The translations under genes and the position numbers were made by a program. The notes under the pieces are model-generated. The model was not told the DNA's origin. It saw nothing but the letters and a program-made list of their open reading frames with translations, and searched no databases. From an archaeon (GTDB lineage Archaea > Asgardarchaeota > Thorarchaeia > Thorarchaeales > Thorarchaeaceae): a DNA stretch of 32,000 nt. Below are positions 9,368 to 19,244 of this stretch, in pieces. Location: positions 1-32,000 of the forward strand of contig JAJRZD010000127.1 in assembly GCA_024275415.1 (NCBI GenBank), read 5' to 3'. The first letter of the stretch is position 1. Each line of letters opens with the position of its first letter.

Positions 9368-10753
9368 GTGGTCTTCTTGAAGATAACTACAGTTCGTTCT
9401 GAAGGTCTAGCGCACCTGTCTTACTTTGTCAGCTCTGATGGAGAAGCTATGGTCATTGATCCACGCCGTGACTGTGATATCTATATCGAACTGGCGACCA
9501 TCGAGTCAGTTGACATCACATATATCCTTGAAACCCACAGGAACGAAGATTACGTCATCGGCTCGCTCGAGTTACAGAACCTAATCCCATCGGTTCGGAT
9601 TGGACATAGTGCCGCAACGAACTTCAAATATGGGGACGACCGATTGCAAGACGACGAGACCTTAAGAGTAGGCAAGCTGGTCGTCCGTTCGATCCACACT
9701 CCAGGTCATACTGATGACAGCATGTGCTTTGTTGTTTCGGACTCAGAGGTTGGAAGTGATCCCTTGCTTGTTTTCACGGGGGACACGCTCTTTGTCAATG
9801 AGGTCGGGCGAACCGACCTTGTGGATCCCAAGAAACACTCAGAGATGTCATACAAGCTGTGGCACAGCTTACATGAGAAGGTCTTGCCACTTGGTGATGG
9901 AGTGATAATCTATCCGGGCCATGGTTCGGGGTCGGTATGTGGAGGGGCCATCGGCAGTCGTGAGTTCTCGACAATTGGCTATGAGAAACGAAACAATTAC
10001 TGGCTCCGCATGGATGAAGAGTCCTTTGTAGAACACAAGACCCGTCAAGAACTGACACTCTCGTCCTATTTCAAACGATGTGAGAAGCTGAACACGGACG
10101 GGCCTCCATTGATTGCCGACCTCGATCCTTTACAGATGCTTAACACCGAGGCGTTTGCGGAGAGAATCGAGTCAGAAGATTCTGTTGTGATTGATACAAG
10201 ACTTGCCCACAAGTTCGTGAGCGAGCATATCCCTGACTCCATAAGCATGGACATCGATAATATGGGTCTCTATGTGGGATGGGTCTTGTCTCCAGATGAT
10301 AGTCATCTTCTTGTTCTAGACTCTCCTATGGATTTGGACGAGGCTGTAGGAATGCTCTATCGTGTCGGGATTGATTGTGTTGTCGGTTATCTTAATGGTG
10401 GCTTTGAGGCATGGAAAAGCACTGGGAAACCTGTCGGATCAGTCCCAGTCTATGATATCCAATCGGTTCAGATAGGTCTCAATGATGGTAGTATCAGGCT
10501 TGTGGATGTCAGGCAACCCCATGAAACAATTGGAGATCGCATTGAGAACTCGACAAACTTGCCGCTGTCAGATATGCTCATGGAAATTGACGACCTCGAC
10601 CCAGACCTGCCGATAGCTACAATTTGTCCTGCGGGAGTGCGGAGCACAACTGCTGCAAGCATCCTGCAACGTGAAGGATTTGAACAGGCGGGTATCTCTG
10701 AAATTGGGCTGAAAGAATGGAAGCTGCAAGGGCTTCCCACGAGCAGCAAGTAG
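9368..10753 (+). CDS. MBL-fold metallo-hydrolase fused to two rhodanese domains (persulfide dioxygenase/sulfurtransferase-like)
   Basis: THRNEDY (variant HxHxDH), HTPGHT, FTGDTLF, YPGHG and SVCG; the C-terminal rhodanese keeps the active-site loop CPAGVRS. Confidence 0.88.
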   Translation: MVFLKITTVRSEGLAHLSYFVSSDGEAMVIDPRRDCDIYIELATIESVDITYILETHRNEDYVIGSLELQNLIPSVRIGHSAATNFKYGDDRLQDDETLRVGKLVVRSIHTPGHTDDSMCFVVSDSEVGSDPLLVFTGDTLFVNEVGRTDLVDPKKHSEMSYKLWHSLHEKVLPLGDGVIIYPGHGSGSVCGGAIGSREFSTIGYEKRNNYWLRMDEESFVEHKTRQELTLSSYFKRCEKLNTDGPPLIADLDPLQMLNTEAFAERIESEDSVVIDTRLAHKFVSEHIPDSISMDIDNMGLYVGWVLSPDDSHLLVLDSPMDLDEAVGMLYRVGIDCVVGYLNGGFEAWKSTGKPVGSVPVYDIQSVQIGLNDGSIRLVDVRQPHETIGDRIENSTNLPLSDMLMEIDDLDPDLPIATICPAGVRSTTAASILQREGFEQAGISEIGLKEWKLQGLPTSSK

Positions 10754-10768
10754 GAAGGTATGTAAGCG

Positions 10769-12355
10769 ATGTATTGGAGAAGGCCTACAGGCCGTTCGGA
10801 TGTGTTGGCTCACAATGCGATGGTCGCCTCATCACAACCCCTTGCGACACAGGCAGGGATTGATACTCTACGTAAAGGTGGAAATGCAATAGACGCGGCC
10901 ATTGCTGTTGCAGCAGTCTTGGATGTCGTCGAGCCCTTCAGCACTGGGTGTGGTGGAGATGCCTTTGTACTGATGCATATACCAGGTCGGAGCAGACCGC
11001 TTGCCTTCAACGGCTCTGGTCGGTCGGGGTCTCTTGCAACATTGGAGGATCTGCTTGCAAAAGGATGGACAGAGATGCCTCTCAGGGGAGGCCCTAGTGT
11101 AAGTGTTCCTGGGGCGATGCATCTGTGGCACACGCTGAGCAAGGAATATGGAAATCTCGAATTCGGGGAGGTGTTGGAACCTGCAATCAACTACGCGAAA
11201 GAGGGATTCCCAGTGTCCCCTGTTATCGCCCAGCAGTGGATATCGGTTGTGTCCGTCCTACGGAATAATGATGCACGCAGAATCTTTACTATAGATGGTC
11301 GGGCACCTGCGATGGGAAGTCGTATGCGGAATGTAGAACTCGCCCAAGTATTCGAGGAAGTAGCATCCGAGGGTGTTGAGATCTTCTACAAAGGCTGGAT
11401 CGCTGAAGCGATCGTGGATACGGTGCAAAGGGATAGGGGTTTCCTTACCCTCGACGATCTCGCCTCGCACTCAACAGAGCGGACAGAAGCAATCTCAACG
11501 GGATATCATGGCGTGGATGTGTATGAACACATTCCCAACGGCCAAGGATTCGCTGCACTCATAATGTTGAACATCATGGAGCAGTTCCAAATGTCAGACT
11601 ATGGGCCGCTGTCACCCGAACGCTATCATCTTATGATTGAAGCAAAGAAGATTGCATATGATGACCTCTACCGTCACAATGCAGATCCCTCACACTATGA
11701 CATACCACTCGAAACCCTTCTCTCCAAGGACTATGCCACCTCAAGATCCGCGTTAATCCAGCACGATTCGGTTCTTGACACTACGAAGTTTGACACATCA
11801 TATACTTCTGATACTGTGTACCTGTGTACCGCTGATTCGGACGGGATGGCTGTGTCTTTCATCAACAGTCTCTACCGAGGGTTTGGGAGTGGACTGGTCG
11901 CTGAGGGAACAGGCATCAAACTCCAGAACAGGGCGAACCTGTTCTCTCTGAATCCAAAGCATCCAAATTGTTATGCGCCCAAGAAACGCCCGTTTCACAC
12001 TATCATCCCTGGGGCTCTCTATCAGGATGGACAATTCCTTGCGGTCTTTGGTATCATGGTAGGAGCCCATCAAGCCCAAGCACACGCCCAGTTCGTTAGC
12101 AACATTGTGGATTTCCAGATGGGTCCACAACAGGCACTTGACCATCCACGATTCAACCATGATCAGTTCGCGAATACTGTAAGCATTGAGAACGGTGTGC
12201 CTCCTGATGTACAAGGAATGCTACAACGTCTAGGTCATCGATTGATCCATGAAACAATGTCAGGCTTCGGGGGCGGTCAGTCCATCTTTCATAGGAGCGA
12301 TTATTACATTGCGGGATCAGATTATAGAAAGGATGGACAAGCTTGCGGGTTTTAG
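10769..12355 (+). CDS. ggt: Gamma-glutamyltransferase family (Ntn hydrolase)
   Basis: GGNAIDAA, EPFSTGCGGDAF, nucleophile Thr in SDTVYL, SLYRGFGSG, KRPFHTIIP, GSDYRKDGQA. Confidence 0.92.
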   Translation: MYWRRPTGRSDVLAHNAMVASSQPLATQAGIDTLRKGGNAIDAAIAVAAVLDVVEPFSTGCGGDAFVLMHIPGRSRPLAFNGSGRSGSLATLEDLLAKGWTEMPLRGGPSVSVPGAMHLWHTLSKEYGNLEFGEVLEPAINYAKEGFPVSPVIAQQWISVVSVLRNNDARRIFTIDGRAPAMGSRMRNVELAQVFEEVASEGVEIFYKGWIAEAIVDTVQRDRGFLTLDDLASHSTERTEAISTGYHGVDVYEHIPNGQGFAALIMLNIMEQFQMSDYGPLSPERYHLMIEAKKIAYDDLYRHNADPSHYDIPLETLLSKDYATSRSALIQHDSVLDTTKFDTSYTSDTVYLCTADSDGMAVSFINSLYRGFGSGLVAEGTGIKLQNRANLFSLNPKHPNCYAPKKRPFHTIIPGALYQDGQFLAVFGIMVGAHQAQAHAQFVSNIVDFQMGPQQALDHPRFNHDQFANTVSIENGVPPDVQGMLQRLGHRLIHETMSGFGGGQSIFHRSDYYIAGSDYRKDGQACGF

Positions 12356-12415
12356 TCACTTTGCATAAACCTAATACACATAAGACTCTTCTGCGAAGCA
12401 TAGCGAGGTATCTGT

Positions 12416-13849
12416 ATGCCAGAGCAGTCTGAAGCTTTCAGGATCGAAAGCGACCTTCTTGGAGAGAGAAAAATCCCAAAGGATGCATATTGGGGAGTCC
12501 AAACGCTGAGGGCCCAGGAGAACTTTGGAGTTTCACTGGTTCGGCTATTCAAGTTCTCAACATTGGTTCAAGCATTGGCCATGGTAAAGAAGGCTTGCAC
12601 TCTTGCCAATCGGGATCTAGGACATCTCTCTACAGAATACGCAGATGCGATAATTCAGGCATGTAACGAGGTTATCGAAGGGAAGATGGAGGATCAATTC
12701 GTCGTAGATATGCTTCAAGGTGGTGCAGGCACATCAACCAATATGAATGTGAACGAGGTGCTCGCCTCTAGAGCCAATGAGATTCTCGGGTTTGAAAGGA
12801 ACTCCATGTCCCCAATCTCGGCAAACGACCATGTCAACATGAGCCAGTCCACAAACGATGTCTATCCAACTGCTATAAAGGTCGCCGCTATATTCGGACT
12901 GAGAGACCTCGTAATGAACCTCAAGGTTCTCATTGTAGCCCTTGACGAAAAGGCGGAGCAGTTCAAGGACACGTTGAAGTTAGGACGTACAGAGATGCAG
13001 GATGCAGTTCCTATAACCCTAGGACAAGAGTTCTCCGCATGGTCTGCTGCATTGAAACGTGACATGGACAGGATTGTGATGGCAATCAAAGTTCTTCGGA
13101 CTCACAATATTGGAGCCACTGCGATTGGGACATCATTGAACGCGGATACCGAATACATCAAACTAGCAGAGGAGTACCTGAAAGAGGTCACGTTCCTCGA
13201 TATGGTCACTGCCGAAAACTTGGTCGATGAAACACAGAACTCTGACGAGTTTGTCCATGCCTCAAGCCTGCTAAAAGTATTGGCCACGAACTTGGCAAAA
13301 ATCGCAGGAGACCTCATCATCCTTTCATCAGGTCCAATTGGGGGCTTTCACGAAATTATCCTCCCCCCGGTTCAACCAGGGTCATCAATCATGCCAGGGA
13401 AAGTAAACCCCGTCATCCCAGAGATGATCACTCAAGTGGCATATCAGGTCATAGGTCACGACCTGACAATCTCATTGGCCGCTCAGGCAGGACAGCTAGA
13501 ATTAAACGCATTTGAACCAGTCCTGGCCTATAACTTCTTCCAAGCATTGAAGGTGCTGAAGAACTCGATTCCAATCTTTGCTGAGAAATGTATCGTCGGG
13601 ATAAAAGCGAATCCCGTGGGACTTGATATTGTCCATAGAAGTGTTGGACTGGTGACGGCACTGAACCCACTCATAGGCTACAAGGCTTCTACAAGGATTG
13701 CAAAGAAAGCACTGGCGACGGGAAAGACGATAAAGGAGCTGGTTCTTGAAGAAGGCATCCTAGATACTGAAACTCTTGACCAAGTGCTATCCCCTGATAG
13801 AATGACTCGCGCTGGGAGCGTTGGACACGAGCACAGAAAATCTAAATGA
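12416..13849 (+). CDS. aspA: Aspartate ammonia-lyase (fumarase/aspartase superfamily)
   Basis: YWGVQTLRA, QGGAGTSTNMN, HVNMSQSTND, GRTEMQDA, and the signature GSSIMPGKVNP. Confidence 0.9.
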   Translation: MPEQSEAFRIESDLLGERKIPKDAYWGVQTLRAQENFGVSLVRLFKFSTLVQALAMVKKACTLANRDLGHLSTEYADAIIQACNEVIEGKMEDQFVVDMLQGGAGTSTNMNVNEVLASRANEILGFERNSMSPISANDHVNMSQSTNDVYPTAIKVAAIFGLRDLVMNLKVLIVALDEKAEQFKDTLKLGRTEMQDAVPITLGQEFSAWSAALKRDMDRIVMAIKVLRTHNIGATAIGTSLNADTEYIKLAEEYLKEVTFLDMVTAENLVDETQNSDEFVHASSLLKVLATNLAKIAGDLIILSSGPIGGFHEIILPPVQPGSSIMPGKVNPVIPEMITQVAYQVIGHDLTISLAAQAGQLELNAFEPVLAYNFFQALKVLKNSIPIFAEKCIVGIKANPVGLDIVHRSVGLVTALNPLIGYKASTRIAKKALATGKTIKELVLEEGILDTETLDQVLSPDRMTRAGSVGHEHRKSK

Positions 13850-14155
13850 CCAAATCTCTCAAAAACTAGTTGGGGTGGGGCACTCCTTTCTGTTTTCAGA
13901 CTTGGTCTGATCCCTCTCAGATGTTGTTCAGAGCGCCCAACTCGTGAACACCATCGGAAACAACCAACAACTTCAGGCGTTCACGAATCATTCATTCACC
14001 CCGTTCTCTCTCTAGTTCTTCCAGTGCTCCTACAATGCCAAAGGTGCATTACACTCTTGTTGTGCATCAGGATACACATTCAAAACTCCTGGTTAGTGCC
14101 TCTCATCAAAACTTATCAAGCATGAATTCGCTCTTTGTCTTTGGGTGTTAAAATC

Positions 14156-15010
14156 ATGGGTGATGCAAAGAAACGAGGCGGAAAAACAGTATACAGGATG
14201 CTATCACAGGATCTTTACAGGACAGGTCTGCACGGTGACGAAATTGGTATCCGTCAAGTCGAACAGTGGAGGTCTCGAAGTAGACAGTTCACAAAGGATG
14301 CGGACATTATCGGTAGAATCTCTGAATCACGTATCAAAAGCAAGGACGAGAAACTGCCAGCATTGAAGAAGTCAGGGTTCATCATTCTCAGACAGTCACT
14401 GTGGAAAGATGAAGCAAATGAGATGAACAAGCGATTCGTCATCAAACTGTTCACTGATTCTGGAGGGTGGTTAGCGTCTTTAGAGGAAATGGTTGCTGAT
14501 TCCGTCGCGCTAAGTTTTGCTTTGGATGAACCTATCCTTTCTTTTGCAGTTATCACCAAGGAGAACGAGCTTGTGACCTATATTCGTGAAATGTATCGAG
14601 GTGGATTCGCCACTGAAACCTATGGGTTCTTTCTCGTTGGCCCGGACGGCAATTTCGAGGTGTTCAGAATCGAAGGCAAGCGTGGAACAGCAGGCGATGA
14701 TTTCAAGGTGGTTCTCCTTTCGCACAAGACTGAAGTCGCAGAGATTGACAGCAAGTTTGGTGATATAGGTGGCGAGTTTGTCGTGAAAATCAAGGACGAT
14801 GTGCTGGCGCGTAATGAATGGTTTTGCCGGATCCTTCAATGCTTCTCTGTCATAATTCGCTACCGGCGAGAGATGAAGGAACGATTGAAGCGAAATATCG
14901 AACGCTGGGCAAAGACCGGAGAAGGTCCCAGACAACATCGGCATGAGCTCTCCCTGCTGGCAAATCCAAGGAAATTGACCCTAAGCCGAGACGAATTCGA
15001 ACAAGTCTAG
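14156..15010 (+). CDS. Hypothetical protein with a possible Tubby-C/LURP-one/scramblase-like C-terminal barrel
   Basis: FRIEGKRGTAGDDFKVV...EVAEIDSKFGDIGGEFVVKIKD followed by a helix (ILQCFSVII). ATG 14156 preferred over TTG 14135. Confidence 0.6.
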   Translation: MGDAKKRGGKTVYRMLSQDLYRTGLHGDEIGIRQVEQWRSRSRQFTKDADIIGRISESRIKSKDEKLPALKKSGFIILRQSLWKDEANEMNKRFVIKLFTDSGGWLASLEEMVADSVALSFALDEPILSFAVITKENELVTYIREMYRGGFATETYGFFLVGPDGNFEVFRIEGKRGTAGDDFKVVLLSHKTEVAEIDSKFGDIGGEFVVKIKDDVLARNEWFCRILQCFSVIIRYRREMKERLKRNIERWAKTGEGPRQHRHELSLLANPRKLTLSRDEFEQV

Positions 15011-15076
15011 TAGTTTTGGTGAATAGATGTACTTACACAAAGGTTTTATCCGTTCGTTTACTAGTGGACAGAAGAG

Positions 15077-17461
15077 GTGCGCGTGCCCATGATAAATGGG
15101 AGGAGACAAATACAACTACTCACAATCATCGCAATCACTGTGCTACTTATCGGACCTACACTCATTGTGGCTGATGCGGCGTTTTTGCCTTATGCTAAAG
15201 TCACTAAAACGCAGAGCTTCGATAGGGCTGAAAATAATCATACCTATGTATATGTAGGTGGTTCAACAACCTCTACCATCTCAAATAGCTTTATGATCCA
15301 AGAGGAAGACGTTGATATTACATCATATTCATATGGCCGGACTTCTTGGACCGAATCAATCCAGTCCTACTCAGGTCCTGCGGAACGTGAATACTTCTGG
15401 TCTTCGGGAAGTTCAGCAAATTGGGGGTGGTTGTCAGACCCTATTAACTTGCCCAGATTCTATGACCTAACTACTGAGAAGGACGATACTGAACTCGGTG
15501 CCAAGCAGTTCTATAATGTGTTCCCACTTACAGTCGGCGAAGAGAATACACTCTTCATGGAATCCGGCTATTACTATGTAGGCACTTTCAATGTAACGAC
15601 AGAAGAGTTCTTCCACATGACCCTTACCGGACATCAAGACGAGAACGAACTAATGGGTCTTGTTTTTGACTTCCAATGGCGAGCTGTGACCGAGTTCTAC
15701 CTCGATGGCGGTGACATTGAAGTCGTTCCTTTTGCATCGTATGGTAATGGGACTTACTATGTAATGGTCTGGTTCTACGGAGCGGATCCAGCACCAGCCC
15801 CATTAGATATTCTCATCGAGCCAGTCGTGCCGGAGTCCATTGATTTTGGGGAGATGGTAGAAGGAAATCTACCCGGAAACGAGTTTGTTATTGATGAGGA
15901 TGGCTCGTATATCTATGAAGAGAAACGGCCTGTCATTTATACGTACAAATTCAGTGCCAATGCAACTCAATATGGTTGTTTGAGTTTTCTGCTGAATGAG
16001 CCTGATATCCCCTTGGCAACTTATCAGACTCAGGTCATCATAACTAGCACATTCTACATAGAGTCGAATCCGGATTATGCATGGATGTATATGCCTAATA
16101 CTCCAAGTGACATTTTCTATTATTCGTCTTTCATAAATGAAACATACTATATTACAATTCAAGGGATGGGTAATACGGATTTCGAGATTTACAACCGACT
16201 CGTTGATATTCCTGATTTGCCATTGAATGACGAATTCTTCATCCAGAACTGGCAAGCTGCATTTATCAGAGTTCCATACAAATTGAATCTTGGACAGGAT
16301 TCTGTCCTCCGGATAAATCGGACTGAATGGAACTCAGGCTTTGAGTGGGAGTTGTGGACCATGAAGGACAATGAGAGATGGGATACTTTAATCCTCAGTG
16401 AAGGCTCGACCTTCGAGAGTGCGTCCACGATATATCTTCCAGCAGGTCGCTACCTAATAATAGCAACAAGCAAAAGCCAAACCGCAAGCGGATTGTACGA
16501 GTTCAACCTCGGACCTGTCATTGACGGTGTTGGGAATGTGAATATTGATGTAGACAGAATACTTGGTGTAAGAGTTCCTGTAGAGGATCTCACGTTCTAT
16601 CGCAGTAACTTCACGCTCTTGACCCATGATAACATCACCTTAGACATGGACATTGATTTCATGCACCAAGACGGCTACATCCAATATTCAACCATTGCTA
16701 CATTGGGCAACAGGCAATCTGGCACAGGTTGGGTAGCGTTCGGTGTTAACACTACAAGCTACGAGCTTGGACTGGATGATACAAGCTACAGCCAATTTCT
16801 CACGGGTCATGTGATTATCGCACTGGCCCCGTATAGGGTCACCAACAATACTGGTGGCGGTGGCGGAAACGAACTCTTTGGGCGTTCTGTCGACATCGCA
16901 ATCACATTCGATGAAGACGCCGATAGGATCATCACTGCTGAAAATACGGTAACCGTTGGTAATGACTTCATCTGGAGTAATTTCACGCTTTCAGCAACAG
17001 GCGACACATCCGAACGCTATGCTTTGCGTATGACAATCACTCCGGGCATATGGGTCAACATCTCGCTCCATACGGATGATGTGACCAGTGGTACGATCTA
17101 TATGTATCAAGATATCAATGGACGGCCTATTTACTTGACATCGGGATCAATTGGATACACCTTTACAGGAACTCTAACAGATGAAGGTGCCTTCCAGTTT
17201 GGTAGTGTCGGCAGTGAGATTCTTATCGTGATTGATGTGCAAAGAAGCCTTCTAGACGAAGGAAGGCTTGATATCGGTATCCAGCCCATGACAACTAATA
17301 CATTCGAATCGCCTCCACTGCCTACCTACTATAGCTATGGAGCAACACCCGGTCCAGTTCCACTCGGAGTTGATCCAGCTCTTGCAATTGGAGGAGTGGC
17401 AGTCATCGGAATCGTAGTAGTTGTTGTCGTTATTGTCCTGAAGAAAAAGGGCAAGATCTAG
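15077..17461 (+). CDS. Large secreted/membrane-anchored beta-rich protein
   Basis: N-terminal signal-like hydrophobic segment, beta-sandwich-like repeats (GTYYVMV, ETYYITI, GRYLIIA), and a C-terminal TM followed by KKKGKI. Confidence 0.8.
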   Translation: MRVPMINGRRQIQLLTIIAITVLLIGPTLIVADAAFLPYAKVTKTQSFDRAENNHTYVYVGGSTTSTISNSFMIQEEDVDITSYSYGRTSWTESIQSYSGPAEREYFWSSGSSANWGWLSDPINLPRFYDLTTEKDDTELGAKQFYNVFPLTVGEENTLFMESGYYYVGTFNVTTEEFFHMTLTGHQDENELMGLVFDFQWRAVTEFYLDGGDIEVVPFASYGNGTYYVMVWFYGADPAPAPLDILIEPVVPESIDFGEMVEGNLPGNEFVIDEDGSYIYEEKRPVIYTYKFSANATQYGCLSFLLNEPDIPLATYQTQVIITSTFYIESNPDYAWMYMPNTPSDIFYYSSFINETYYITIQGMGNTDFEIYNRLVDIPDLPLNDEFFIQNWQAAFIRVPYKLNLGQDSVLRINRTEWNSGFEWELWTMKDNERWDTLILSEGSTFESASTIYLPAGRYLIIATSKSQTASGLYEFNLGPVIDGVGNVNIDVDRILGVRVPVEDLTFYRSNFTLLTHDNITLDMDIDFMHQDGYIQYSTIATLGNRQSGTGWVAFGVNTTSYELGLDDTSYSQFLTGHVIIALAPYRVTNNTGGGGGNELFGRSVDIAITFDEDADRIITAENTVTVGNDFIWSNFTLSATGDTSERYALRMTITPGIWVNISLHTDDVTSGTIYMYQDINGRPIYLTSGSIGYTFTGTLTDEGAFQFGSVGSEILIVIDVQRSLLDEGRLDIGIQPMTTNTFESPPLPTYYSYGATPGPVPLGVDPALAIGGVAVIGIVVVVVVIVLKKKGKI

Positions 17462-17472
17462 TATAGTCTAAT

Positions 17473-17515
17473 GAAGGAATCCTTTTTGGGTTCCTTTTCA
17501 CCTTCTTTTTATTTT
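17473..17515 (+). terminator. Hairpin plus T-rich tract
   Basis: AAGGAATCC-TTTTT-GGGTTCCTT followed by TTCACCTTCTTTTTATTTT, directly after the stop. Confidence 0.55.
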
Positions 17516-17643
17516 CATATTGGTAAAATTGCAGGTAAGTGGTAATGGGTATAATTTTGACTCCTGTTGATGCGGACCATCAAATGCAAATCTTGATTCA
17601 TTCAATCGTCAAGTCTTAATCCGGATGTTGTATAGATACTTGT

Positions 17644-17883
17644 ATGAATGACATGAAAAAAGATACAACACTGCGTGATGTGCTCTTGGATGCAGCTCAA
17701 AAGGAGATACGAGTCAGGCTCATAGGTCCTCCTAATACCATTCTTGCAGAAGGATTTGTTGCCTTTGTCAGCGACGAGATTGTGGGAGTAAAACATCAGT
17801 TGAAAGAAGATGTAGACGAGTTCATCTTGATACATAATATCATCAAAGTCCAAATCTTAGGAGAGTCAAGGCAGACATATTGA
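17644..17883 (+). CDS. Small protein with a probable Sm/LSm-like beta-barrel fold
   Basis: Helix (LRDVLLDA) then five predicted strands: EIRVRL, LAEGFVAFV, EIVGVK, EFILIHNI, IKVQI. Confidence 0.6.
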   Translation: MNDMKKDTTLRDVLLDAAQKEIRVRLIGPPNTILAEGFVAFVSDEIVGVKHQLKEDVDEFILIHNIIKVQILGESRQTY

Positions 17884-18014
17884 AAGCTGTTCAGGTATGG
17901 GTTAAGTCGACGTTTTAGTGAGGCTGAGCACTGAATAGTCCTACTACGGAAATAACTGCATCAATAAAAGAGAAGAGGATTGGCCCCAAATCAGAGCACA
18001 ATCCTGTTGCAGAC

Positions 18015-19184
18015 CTAGATTGTCATCCCTCCGAACACGAGCAAGATATACAGCATCATGACAAAGACTGCAATCATAGCGACTGCTTCTAGGTTGTTAA
18101 TCTTTGCATCATCTGTAATCTTGGTTCTAAGGATGAAGAGTGTTGGGAATGCGAACAGCACTAGTACCACAGAATAAAGGTCGATTGGAATTCCATGATG
18201 GACATCGGTTAATCCCTGTAAGTACAGATTCAATCCTGATGCGATTAAAGTATAACCGAATATGACAAAGAAGACCTGCACGATGCCACCAAAAGCATTG
18301 GAAAGGGCAATCTCAATCTCTTCTTTGAGGTGGCTAGAAGCCACAATAATATACTCGGGCATGCCAGCAAAGATGACGAGCAATAAGGCTGCTTGGATGA
18401 AGTTCAGTCCCCAGTTACTCTGTGCAAAGTGTGCAAAGTTAGCAAGTGCTTCGCCTCCCAATAATGCACCTAAAGCTGCAAAGATGAGGAAGATGGCCAC
18501 TCCCTTCTTTGTTACAGGCCCGTGATGGGTATGTGCGGTTTGCTCCTCGTCTGACTCTGGATCACGCTTCCCATAGTATTTGGTGATGGTATAGAGATAC
18601 GCAATGAATACTGCTATGAGTGACCCGCCAAAGACTAGAAGTTCGTCATAGGTGAAATAGAAAGTTTCGCCTGGAAGGATGGGGGAAACGAAGACATGCA
18701 GAAGCAGCATGGAAAATCCGACAGCGAGGCTGATCATGGCACCAACAGTGAGTAGTTCTGAACCTACCCACATGATGGCATCTGGTAAACGGAAATTGCC
18801 TTCCGAGTCCTTGGGGAGAAAAAGACTGTATGTTGCAAAAACTATTGTGTTCACGAATATGGTAGCAAGAGCTAATACCCAAGCAAGCTCGTATTCACCG
18901 CCCAAGATCAGGAATGAAAGGACTGCCAGTTCGGGGATTGTTGCAGCCAAACTCGCGTAGATTCCTGACACGTAGTCAGTCATGTTCATGTTCGCAGATA
19001 TGCCCTCGACTGAGAGGACGAAGGCCTCACTTGAACCTGCGATAAGCATGACACCACCTGCTAGGTCAATGAAAGCAGCTGCATCAGTAGGGAGGTGAAT
19101 GCCAATTGATTCGAGTAACATTACTCCAAGTACTAACAAAAGTCCAATAAGATACACAATTTGCCACTTGGCCATCTTAATCAT
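18015..19184 (-). CDS. CaCA-family cation antiporter (Na+/Ca2+ or Ca2+/H+ exchanger-like)
   Basis: About 10-11 TM segments in two halves, alpha-repeat motifs LAATIPELAV and FAGMPEYII, SNAFGG, and a His/acid-rich central loop. Confidence 0.8.
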   Translation of the reverse strand: MIKMAKWQIVYLIGLLLVLGVMLLESIGIHLPTDAAAFIDLAGGVMLIAGSSEAFVLSVEGISANMNMTDYVSGIYASLAATIPELAVLSFLILGGEYELAWVLALATIFVNTIVFATYSLFLPKDSEGNFRLPDAIMWVGSELLTVGAMISLAVGFSMLLLHVFVSPILPGETFYFTYDELLVFGGSLIAVFIAYLYTITKYYGKRDPESDEEQTAHTHHGPVTKKGVAIFLIFAALGALLGGEALANFAHFAQSNWGLNFIQAALLLVIFAGMPEYIIVASSHLKEEIEIALSNAFGGIVQVFFVIFGYTLIASGLNLYLQGLTDVHHGIPIDLYSVVLVLFAFPTLFILRTKITDDAKINNLEAVAMIAVFVMMLYILLVFGGMTI

Positions 19185-19244
19185 GGTACATACGTCCTGT
19201 CATGCACTCGCGAGTGAGTGATTTTAAAGGTGACTCCTCTTCGC

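Noticed and set aside
13917-13991. Minus-strand MIRERLKLLVVSDGVHEL..., resembling a metallophosphoesterase start with an RBS-like GGGGTGA
   Set aside because: It stops after 24 codons with no downstream motifs in any frame; at most an unidentifiable remnant.
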